A stretch of 64,000 nucleotides of DNA from Patescibacteria group bacterium (GTDB taxonomy: Bacteria; Patescibacteriota; Microgenomatia; UBA8517): positions 9,786 to 73,785 of the forward strand of contig DATDRP010000006.1 of assembly GCA_035291665.1 (NCBI GenBank). The letters are read 5' to 3'. Each line of letters starts with the position of its first letter. Position 1 is the first letter of the stretch. A model generated the notes under the pieces. It did no database searches and was not told the origin of the DNA. It was given only the letters and a program-made list of their open reading frames with translations. Below are positions 19,502-26,998 of the stretch, in pieces. A program made the position numbers and the translations under genes.

Positions 19502-20359
19502 TCAAGTTTTAAGCAATTTTCTTTTGGCGTCTTCAGCAAGTTGGTGGTACTCGTCAACGATTGGTGTAACCAATTCCAGTCCTGTATCGAGATCTATACT
19601 CGTGATTACACCTATTATTCCACCATCTTCTGTAACAACAGCGGCACCACTTGAACCACCCCCCGAATTCATTGTTGTCTTATAACACAAATTACCATCA
19701 TAATCTTTTGCATAAATATTTTCTGATAAATTAAACTTAAGCGGATTGATTCTGTCGTGTTTTTCAGCACTTCCTGCGAATGCGAGCGAGTACAATAGAT
19801 CATGTGAATTAGGTGTCCAATTATCTTTTATTGGAATTACAGGTAATTTGGTATCTTGAAGTATATTATTTAAACGAAAAGCTAACACTCCGATATCTTT
19901 TTTGTTGTGTGATGCGGTAACAAATTCATTTTTAGGAATTTCAATCAGTTTGCGATTTAGATGTGGTTGGAAAATATTAATATGTTCCGCATGTTTAAGT
20001 TCCTTTATAACATGCTTAGCCGATAAACACATTCCTATATTTGTTATCTTGTCCACTTCCATCAATGTGGTTGATCCAAATCCAATTAGAGTGTCATTTG
20101 TTATTAAATCCAGAACTCCTGCTGTTTCTATTATTTTTTCAGGTATCAGTAACATTTCTGGGATAGTGCCTACGGGGCGTGTAATGTCAGTTGCTTTTAC
20201 TGATGCTTCCGCTACATTTCTAAAATTGATCACATTCACCATATCAATAAATTTATTGACCATGTCACTAACCACATATGTAATAGCACCCCCATAGAGA
20301 ATTATTTTAATTGCGTTTTTTCTACCTATTGGATTGGTTTCTTTAGACATATCGGTCAT
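19502..20359 (-). CDS. trypsin-like (S1/HtrA-type) serine peptidase-like protein
   Basis: Possible catalytic triad context SAKHV...NKKDIGVLAF...MNSGGGSSGAAV (GNSGG-like, as in HtrA). Divergent, so the assignment is tentative. Confidence 0.4.
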   Translation of the reverse strand: MTDMSKETNPIGRKNAIKIILYGGAITYVVSDMVNKFIDMVNVINFRNVAEASVKATDITRPVGTIPEMLLIPEKIIETAGVLDLITNDTLIGFGSTTLMEVDKITNIGMCLSAKHVIKELKHAEHINIFQPHLNRKLIEIPKNEFVTASHNKKDIGVLAFRLNNILQDTKLPVIPIKDNWTPNSHDLLYSLAFAGSAEKHDRINPLKFNLSENIYAKDYDGNLCYKTTMNSGGGSSGAAVVTEDGGIIGVITSIDLDTGLELVTPIVDEYHQLAEDAKRKLLKT

Positions 20360-20388
20360 TATATCCTATAAGATCTTTTTATTGAAGT

Positions 20389-20718
20389 TTGTCTTCAGAT
20401 AAGCCTCTGAATCCTTCGACAAAACTTAAGCTCGTGATAAAATCATGTCTCATGAAAGAGCAATTATTAATATGTTCAGGAGAACATTGGGAAGGAAATG
20501 ATTTGATGGGGATAAGCATTCATATTAATAAGCTTGATGGGGATAATTTGGGAAACTTTGTGGGGTATATGAGTATAAAACCAATGGGTATAAATACGGC
20601 TGTTGAGATTGCTATGCGATCCTTAGAACAATGTGGTTATAAGACGCTAGCGATTAAGGATGGTAAATTAATTGATAGTGACGGACAAAAAATAAATGCA
20701 CCTTTTATAAAAAAATAA
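20389..20718 (+). CDS. hypothetical small protein (109 aa)
   Basis: Intact ORF immediately followed by repeat B. Confidence 0.3.
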   Translation: MSSDKPLNPSTKLKLVIKSCLMKEQLLICSGEHWEGNDLMGISIHINKLDGDNLGNFVGYMSIKPMGINTAVEIAMRSLEQCGYKTLAIKDGKLIDSDGQKINAPFIKK

Positions 20719-20836
20719 TTTGCTATGGAACGTCTGAAGTTCTCCGAGGGAAGTTTGACTGAGCCCAGTCAAACTGGGTTGTCGAGCTAGACTCGATCTG
20801 ACTTGGTTTGACGTTCTTCGAATTAACTCAAAGTCG
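20719..20836. repeat. intergenic repeat B (copy of A carrying a 46-nt insertion with hairpins cccagtcaaactggg and tcgagctagactcga)
   Basis: tttgctatggaacgtctgaagttctccgagggaagtttgac + insertion + ggtttgacgttcttcgaattaactcaaagtcg, compared directly with repeat A. Confidence 0.7.
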
Positions 20837-20839
20837 GTG

Positions 20840-21433
20840 TTATTTATGCATTTCTTTCTGCAAAACTTTGATTTCTGATATTAGTTTTTTAGAAAACGAT
20901 TTGGGGTATTTTTTTAGTAGCTCCAACTCGCCTGCATTCCTATTTGTTTTGGACATACCCCTTTTGTGTTTATCCTGAAACGCTTGCCATTTTTTGTATC
21001 CGCTTTCAGTTAAGTGCATTGACCCTGTACACTTTTTGCTTTTGCAGAAACATCGATGAGGGCAGGGATTGCAATTCATTTTTGGGGGAAGCAGATAGGA
21101 AATGGTTAACTCACTACCTTTCCTGATATTTTTTAAAGCAAAAACAACGGTGTGGTTTTTGTATTTTATAATCCAGCAGTTTGGGGAGCAGGAGTGGTTA
21201 AGAAGGTGTACTCCGGATATTTTTAAGTCGGGGTAAATACCCAACTCATCGTTGTAATACATTAAATAAAGTTCTCTCTTTTCTTTGTCAAAATCGAAAT
21301 CTAATAGCTGCACTAATTTACCCACATAATCACCGATGAGTGCTCCCTGTCTAATTGGTTTTCTGGCAAAAACACCCCTTCCTTTATTCTTAGTCTTTCT
21401 GATTTTCCAGAAACTAGCAGGTATTAAAAACAT
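20840..21433 (-). CDS. SET-domain protein-lysine methyltransferase-like protein with Cys-rich post-SET
   Basis: GRGVFARKPIRQGALIGDYVGKL...NHSCSPNCWI...LKNIRKGSELTISY, then CNPCPHRCFCKSKKC. These are the canonical SET motifs (NHSC, ELTxxY). Confidence 0.75.
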   Translation of the reverse strand: MFLIPASFWKIRKTKNKGRGVFARKPIRQGALIGDYVGKLVQLLDFDFDKEKRELYLMYYNDELGIYPDLKISGVHLLNHSCSPNCWIIKYKNHTVVFALKNIRKGSELTISYLLPPKMNCNPCPHRCFCKSKKCTGSMHLTESGYKKWQAFQDKHKRGMSKTNRNAGELELLKKYPKSFSKKLISEIKVLQKEMHK

Positions 21434-21468
21434 AAGTCAATTTAGCATACATTTTCAATTTTAGTTCT

Positions 21469-21506
21469 TGTTTGTCTTCAAATTAGCTCCGAAACCTTGT
21501 TATAAT
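21469..21506 (+). promoter_or_regulatory. repeat D (TGTCTTCAAATTAGCTCC) plus an extended -10 element TTGtTATAAT, 4 nt upstream of ATG (leaderless-type promoter)
   Basis: TGnTATAAT at 21497-21506 and ATG at 21510. The repeat core is shared with A, B, C and E. Confidence 0.45.
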
Positions 21507-21509
21507 TCC

Positions 21510-22076
21510 ATGATGAATACTAAAGAGATTTTTATTAAAGCAGGCGCTTTTCATAAAGGGCATGTTGAATTTAAAAACGGAATGCACGGTGATGGGTGGT
21601 TGCAAAAGGATTTGGTTGTAAAAAACCCTATATTCCTTGACGACGTAGCAAAACTTCAGGCAGAGAAAATACTGGAGAGTTATCCTAACGTAGATTTATT
21701 AATGGGACCGATAACTGGAGGGGCAATTATTGCAAGCCACGTCGCAAAATACATTCATAAAGAATTTGGTGTTATCTTGGGTAAACAAGACCCTGTACTA
21801 TTTCACGACATGAATATTCCAACCCCAGGAGATAAGGTTGTAATAGTTGAAGATATTATTTCTAGTGGCACTGATATGAAAAGGTATCTCAACTTTTTCA
21901 AAGAAAAGAATGTGGAAGTTGTCGGGGTAAGTACATGGCTTAATAGACAAGAAAATATATTTAATGGAGTGAAAGTAATCAGTTTGCTGGGAAATAATTT
22001 TAATCTTTTCCCAAAAGAGGAATGCCCTTTTTGTGCCAAAGGAGAAAAAATTGAATTTGTAAATGTTAGAGAATAA
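21510..22076 (+). CDS. type I phosphoribosyltransferase, orotate PRTase (PyrE)-like
   Basis: The PRPP-binding motif VVIVEDIISSGTDM and an N-terminal GAFHKGHVEFKNGMHGDGWL-like region are present. The track ORF starts at 21468, but its first 14 codons are the repeat and promoter, so the start is set at 21510. Confidence 0.6.
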   Translation: MMNTKEIFIKAGAFHKGHVEFKNGMHGDGWLQKDLVVKNPIFLDDVAKLQAEKILESYPNVDLLMGPITGGAIIASHVAKYIHKEFGVILGKQDPVLFHDMNIPTPGDKVVIVEDIISSGTDMKRYLNFFKEKNVEVVGVSTWLNRQENIFNGVKVISLLGNNFNLFPKEECPFCAKGEKIEFVNVRE

Positions 22077-22077
22077 T

Positions 22078-22117
22078 GTGTCTTCAAATTATCTCCAAAA
22101 TGAATTCATGATAAAAT
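22078..22117 (+). promoter_or_regulatory. repeat E (GTGTCTTCAAATTATCTCC) followed by an extended -10-like element TGaTAAAAT
   Basis: Shares the core with repeats A-D and lies upstream of the 22134 gene. Confidence 0.4.
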
Positions 22118-22133
22118 ACGCCTTACTATTCGG

Positions 22134-22727
22134 ATGAGTATGACTGTAGAAACTGAGACAGTAAGACAAATATCGTCAGTTGGCAGGGTTCTAACGTCTT
22201 ACAAAGATTTAGACGGAAAATTAATATCTTTGTTACTTGCTCCGGATGAAGCCAATAAAATTTCAATAGTTGGTTTTAAACTATTTTTCCCAAAGGATAA
22301 TGACGAAGTATACTACGGGTTCTTGTGCTCTCCCTACATCGCAAAGAATGTTGCCTTTTCTTTTGATGAATCAGAAAACTTATTAGTTACACACCCATTG
22401 GGGAAAAACATTAGCTTAGGAAACCCCAGTCTTGGAGGATTGAGTCCGAATGGAGACTATAAAGTAAAGGATATCGAGGGTGGAAAGTTGGGATCAGGAC
22501 TGAGGGCTTTTTCGGGAAGAAAAAGACGGGAATTAGGTTTGGAATACAGAAGTTTATTTGCCGATCCGATTGTTGACAATGGAAATAGATCTGTTGTACT
22601 TAGCGGTCTTTATTATGATAGTGGTAAGAGATTAAGAGTTTTAAAACTGGTTAAAACATCGCGCACTGGTTCTTATAATTTTTTAGCAGAAGAAGTGATG
22701 GAGATCATCAATAATGGGAAGACTTGA
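22134..22727 (+). CDS. hypothetical protein (197 aa)
   Basis: Intact ORF with no motif recognised. Confidence 0.35.
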   Translation: MSMTVETETVRQISSVGRVLTSYKDLDGKLISLLLAPDEANKISIVGFKLFFPKDNDEVYYGFLCSPYIAKNVAFSFDESENLLVTHPLGKNISLGNPSLGGLSPNGDYKVKDIEGGKLGSGLRAFSGRKRRELGLEYRSLFADPIVDNGNRSVVLSGLYYDSGKRLRVLKLVKTSRTGSYNFLAEEVMEIINNGKT

Positions 22728-22746
22728 GGAGGGTGATTTGTCCTGG

Positions 22747-22778
22747 GGACGTTTGATGTTCTTCAAATTAGATTTTTT
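22747..22778. repeat. intergenic repeat C (ggacgTTTGATGTTCTTCAAATTAGatttttt)
   Basis: The same core as A, B, D and E, located after the stop at 22727 and followed by TATAAT at 22775-22780. Confidence 0.6.
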
Positions 22779-22884
22779 CATATAATTATGTAAATGGGAT
22801 GTAAGGAAGAACCAATTTCCTTTTCAGAATTCAGATGTGACGGACACACGCGTTTTTTCTACCATCTCTTGATATAATTTATAA

Positions 22885-23550
22885 ATGGCTTACGAATTAT
22901 CAGATGATTTTAAAAGCCTTAATAAAAATATTTGGTCGTCGAAACGTTTAACGAAATCAAATTGGAAAATTTCAAAGTACCAGGGGAAATCTGCAATTCA
23001 AATTACAGTGCACAAAGGTGATTATCAAATGGATGGTGGGGATGGTCATTTAACAGATAGAGCAGAATTAACAGAAGAAAAGTCTTTATGGGTACCGACC
23101 GGAACACCAATTTGGTATTCATTTTACTTTGTTTTTCCGAAAGATTTTTTAATTCAGGATAACAGACTTGTGTTTGCACAATGGAAGCAGTCAACCCAAG
23201 AACCGGAATCTCCATTTTTATCGTTCAGATATGTGGATGGTAAACTATATTTTCAGATTGTATACAATGATGAAAGAGAGAAATTTTATTGTACGGAAAA
23301 AGAGTGGCGTGGGAATTGGCACAACGCACTTGTTTATTACAAACTAGACTCAAATTTTCGGGGAGAAGTAAAAGCATGGGTGGATGAAAAAATAATTTCA
23401 GATTATTCAGGTAGATTGGGTTCCTCTCAATCTATATCCGATCCTTACTTCAAGATGGGATTATATAGAGATCAAATTGAGGAACATCAGACAATTTATC
23501 TTGCAGATTTTAAACGTAGCACTTCAAAAGAATTTTGTGAAAAAATATAA
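22885..23550 (+). CDS. concanavalin-like jelly-roll protein, polysaccharide lyase family 7 (alginate lyase)-like
   Basis: RAELTE ... FAQWKQ ... YFKMGLYRDQ echo the PL7 signature blocks R(S/T)EL(R), QIH and YFKAG(V/I)Y(N)Q. No signal peptide. Tentative. Confidence 0.4.
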   Translation: MAYELSDDFKSLNKNIWSSKRLTKSNWKISKYQGKSAIQITVHKGDYQMDGGDGHLTDRAELTEEKSLWVPTGTPIWYSFYFVFPKDFLIQDNRLVFAQWKQSTQEPESPFLSFRYVDGKLYFQIVYNDEREKFYCTEKEWRGNWHNALVYYKLDSNFRGEVKAWVDEKIISDYSGRLGSSQSISDPYFKMGLYRDQIEEHQTIYLADFKRSTSKEFCEKI

Positions 23551-23571
23551 AAACTCTTAACTTTTTAATCT

Positions 23572-23613
23572 GCGTTCAAGAAAACCCCGCCCTTTAGGGG
23601 TGGGGGATGTCAT
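23572..23613. repeat. partial palindromic element (gcgttcaagaaaaccccgccctttaggggtggggGATGTCAT)
   Basis: Shares gcgttcaagaaaac with 5322-5335, the aaccccgccc...gggg hairpin with 27852-27875, and ends in the GGATGTCAT half-site. It sits in a convergent intergenic gap. Confidence 0.55.
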
Positions 23614-23618
23614 AAATG

Positions 23619-24329
23619 TTAGTATTTCTGTGCCCTGACGATTAATGTTGCTCCGAGTGTGGGGAATAAACCTGTCAACAGTTTTGAAAACAGATGCATC
23701 CTCCGATTGCCAAACTCGATTGTGATTGCTTGCGTACGAAGTTTTATATTATTAAACCCGCACAAAATTAACGCATTTTTTAAAGAATCAAATGTGAACG
23801 GTCGTATATGTAGATATAAAAACGGATGAATCGGGGTGGTGTGGCGAGGTGACTTTCCGAATAAAAACTTTATTCTATCATCGACCCTTGCAAGATTTGG
23901 AGTTGTAAGTATTAAATATCCTTTCGATTTAAGAACACGATTTATTTCGTTGAGAAACTTTTTTGTATCGATTAGATGCTCAATTATTTCTCCTGCAAAA
24001 ACAAAATCGAAACTTGCGTCATGATATGGAAGAGTTTTGGAAACATCGCCAAATTTTGTGATTACTCCTCGTTTTTCGGCTTCTTTTAAGGCATCTTTTG
24101 CGCCGTCAATACCATAAACTTTAAGTCCGAGTTTTTTTATTATTTTTTCTTCGTATAATCCAATTGAACAGGCAATGCTTAAAAGCCTTTGCGGTTTTTT
24201 GTTGTTTACAACTTCTTTTATTAAATCAATTGCGATGTCTCCTCGTTTTTGATGAGTCTCACTAAAGAGATATTCTGTCTCTTCCTTTTTGTTATATTCG
24301 TGGGTGTTGTAATCAAAAAGAGTATCCAC
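23619..24329 (-). CDS. class I SAM-dependent methyltransferase (type 11-like)
   Basis: LLSIACSIGLYEEKI (motif I region), FDFVFAGEIIEHL, VLKSKGYLILTTPN. Confidence 0.75.
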   Translation of the reverse strand: MDTLFDYNTHEYNKKEETEYLFSETHQKRGDIAIDLIKEVVNNKKPQRLLSIACSIGLYEEKIIKKLGLKVYGIDGAKDALKEAEKRGVITKFGDVSKTLPYHDASFDFVFAGEIIEHLIDTKKFLNEINRVLKSKGYLILTTPNLARVDDRIKFLFGKSPRHTTPIHPFLYLHIRPFTFDSLKNALILCGFNNIKLRTQAITIEFGNRRMHLFSKLLTGLFPTLGATLIVRAQKY

Positions 24330-24692
24330 TGAGTGAAGTATAACATTGTAAAAAAGAATCCACTTACTTTTCGGCGATGATAGTTAATAAGAGAAGATAT
24401 TATGAATCCCATGTTAAAATATATTCATGACATGTCCGAAATGTGGAAAGAAAATGTTTCTGAAAGGTAAAGACTTTAGTTATGACTATAAAGTTAAACC
24501 AAAGAAGAAATACAAAAGGAGTATTTACTGGTGTAAGACAGATGATGTTTGGGTAAATTTGGAAACCCCTTATAAAAAATAGATTTTCATTTCCTCCGCA
24601 CTTTTTCTGTAGGACTGAGAAATTAACTGTTATATTTTAAATTAAAACTTGTATAGTAAATAAAAGTTGACAAAGAAAGTACGTTCAATTTG

Positions 24693-25505
24693 ATGAATCA
24701 AACAGTTCTAATTAATCATCCAATAGTTGCTGCGCTTTTTGCCGGCCTTTTTGCTTGGGGAATAACGGCGCTAGGCGCGGCGGGTGTATTTATCTTTAGA
24801 GCGGTGACACAAAAATTATTGGATGCGATGCTTGGGTTTGCCGCTGGAGTCATGATCGCGGCCAGTTTTTGGTCTCTACTTGCTCCTTCTATAGAACTCA
24901 GTGAACAGTTAGGTGTGACAAAATGGGTACCCCCTGCGGTAGGTTTCCTTGTCGGTGGAGGTTTTTTATGGCTTGTGGACAAAATTCTGCCGCATTTGAA
25001 CGTCGTTCAATCGCGGTCGCGCCCCGAGGGATTACCTACAGAATGGCATACTACGGTTCTTCTATTTTTGGCTATCACTTTTCATAATTTTCCCGAAGGA
25101 TTAGCTGTTGGCGTTGCTTTTGGGGCGGCTTCTGCAGGTATTCCCGGAGCAACTATTGCCGGTGCTATAGCCCTTGCCATCGGAATCGGAATTCAAAATT
25201 TCCCTGAAGGATTTGCGGTTTCGATGCCCTTTAGACGTGTGGGATTAGGGAAGTTAAAGAGCTTCCTGTTTGGCCAGGGATCGGCAATTATTGAGCCCAT
25301 CGCCGCGGTTATCGGAGCAGTCGGTGTTTTGGCTATGCGTCCACTACTTCCTTATGCGCTAGCGTTTGCGGCGGGGGCAATGATTTACGTGTCAGTCGAA
25401 GAAATAATTCCCGAATCGCAGAAGAGCTCTACCGATGTCGCAACAATTGGCGCAATGCTGGGTTTTACAATAATGATGATTCTTGATGTTGCGCTGGGTC
25501 AGTAA
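24693..25505 (+). CDS. ZIP family metal (zinc) transporter, ZupT-like
   Basis: HNFPEGLAVGVAFG and QNFPEGFAVSMPF are the ZIP signature helices. TTGACA at 24666-24671 lies upstream. The track ORF starts at TTG 24690; ATG 24693 is used. Confidence 0.8.
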   Translation: MNQTVLINHPIVAALFAGLFAWGITALGAAGVFIFRAVTQKLLDAMLGFAAGVMIAASFWSLLAPSIELSEQLGVTKWVPPAVGFLVGGGFLWLVDKILPHLNVVQSRSRPEGLPTEWHTTVLLFLAITFHNFPEGLAVGVAFGAASAGIPGATIAGAIALAIGIGIQNFPEGFAVSMPFRRVGLGKLKSFLFGQGSAIIEPIAAVIGAVGVLAMRPLLPYALAFAAGAMIYVSVEEIIPESQKSSTDVATIGAMLGFTIMMILDVALGQ

Positions 25506-25573
25506 TCGAGAACTCATTACCTCCGCGTCTTCTGGCTTAAATTCCTCAGCTACTTTATTGATATACTTTCTTT

Positions 25574-26206
25574 ATGAAAAAAAGTATTATTCCAATTCTT
25601 TTCATTGTTGTGATATCACTAACTCTGTATTTAGTAAGTAGAAGATTTTCAGAGGACGAAATAATTGTTTTTGTAAATAATGCCGGATTATTAGCTCCCG
25701 CTGTTTATATTTTACTTGTCTTATTAACAATGGTTATAGCCCCTTTTAGCGGAACCCCCATAATCTTTGCCGGTTATTATGCCTTCGGACAACGGGTAAT
25801 TTTATATTCGACAATCGCAGCATGGATAAGCTTCGTGATTAATTTTTGGATTGCGAGAAAATGGGGTAGAGCAATGGTCATAAGACTTGCAGGAAAAGAT
25901 GCTATGAAAAAAATTGATGATCTGACACTAAGCTATGGAACTGTAACCTTGGTTTTGTTAAGGATGTTTCAGGGATCAATAAGTGATTTCGTTTCTTTTG
26001 CTATGGGTTTAACAAATATTAATTTTAAAATCTACCTTTTTATATCTCTGACCGCATCCATTCCGGGGACAATTCTTTGGTATTTCCTGTCATTGAATGC
26101 CAATACTCCTGCACAATTTACGATTATAATGCTGGTATTTACTTTAACTCTCTCTTTTATATTTGTTGCAGGGAGTATATTTTGGAAGAAATTTTTAAAA
26201 AAATAA
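25574..26206 (+). CDS. DedA/VTT-domain (TVP38/TMEM64-like) membrane protein
   Basis: About 6 TM with FSGTPIIFAGYYAFGQRVILYSTIAAWISFVINFWIARKWGR, typical of the SNARE-associated/DedA core. Confidence 0.55.
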   Translation: MKKSIIPILFIVVISLTLYLVSRRFSEDEIIVFVNNAGLLAPAVYILLVLLTMVIAPFSGTPIIFAGYYAFGQRVILYSTIAAWISFVINFWIARKWGRAMVIRLAGKDAMKKIDDLTLSYGTVTLVLLRMFQGSISDFVSFAMGLTNINFKIYLFISLTASIPGTILWYFLSLNANTPAQFTIIMLVFTLTLSFIFVAGSIFWKKFLKK

Positions 26207-26288
26207 CTTTAGAAACCATTTCCTCCTTGCTTGCGCAGGCAAGCGCGGCTTCTGAACTTTTACGATTGAAACTTGATATAATTCGGTT

Positions 26289-26984
26289 ATGAAAACTCTT
26301 TACTCCGGTGAACAGGCAAATAAGTATACTAAATTTGCAGATAAATCTTACAGCTGGAAGTTTTTGGAAAAACCTACTATAACAAGAAATTTGAAGTCGA
26401 TAATTAATGGTAACATACACACCTTGGATGCCGGTTGCGGAACAGGGCGATCCATTAGAGTCCTCCTTGAACTGGGAGCAAATCCAATAAAAACCATTGG
26501 AACTGATATAAGCCCACATATGTTAAAGATTGCACGAAAATCTTTTCCTGAAGTGAAGTTTGTCAAGGGAAATTTACCCGATTTAAAATTGAACAAAAAT
26601 AGTTTGGAGCTTGTTTCGAGCAATATGGCTTTTCATTATTTAAATCTTAGTGATTTTAAAACAACAGTAGAACATATCCATACTTGGTTACTAAAGGGTG
26701 GCTATTTATTTTATATAGTTGTACATCCATTAAGGTTTATTCACAACCATTCGCAATATTTTAGTGATAAATCAAAAGTAGAAAAGACACCCTGGGGTAC
26801 AGAAATAAAATACTATCCAAAGAGAATTTCTGATTACGTGAATACGACATTAGATTCAGGTTTTGATGTAATAAAAGTTGAAGAGCCGATACCTGTTGGC
26901 GGGGTTGCAAAAAAAGATATTGCCCAATATAAAAAATATTTGAGTAACCCCACCCGTTTGGCAATATTGGCCGTAAAAAAGTGA
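26289..26984 (+). CDS. class I SAM-dependent methyltransferase
   Basis: LDAGCGTGRSIRVLLELGA (motif I), FVKGNLPDLKL, LLKGGYLFYIV. Confidence 0.75.
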   Translation: MKTLYSGEQANKYTKFADKSYSWKFLEKPTITRNLKSIINGNIHTLDAGCGTGRSIRVLLELGANPIKTIGTDISPHMLKIARKSFPEVKFVKGNLPDLKLNKNSLELVSSNMAFHYLNLSDFKTTVEHIHTWLLKGGYLFYIVVHPLRFIHNHSQYFSDKSKVEKTPWGTEIKYYPKRISDYVNTTLDSGFDVIKVEEPIPVGGVAKKDIAQYKKYLSNPTRLAILAVKK

Positions 26985-26998
26985 AAAAACACTCCCCG

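Noticed and set aside
21468-21509. The track start of the PRTase ORF at 21468
   Set aside because: The first 14 codons are the intergenic repeat D plus an extended -10 element read in frame. The start was moved to ATG 21510.
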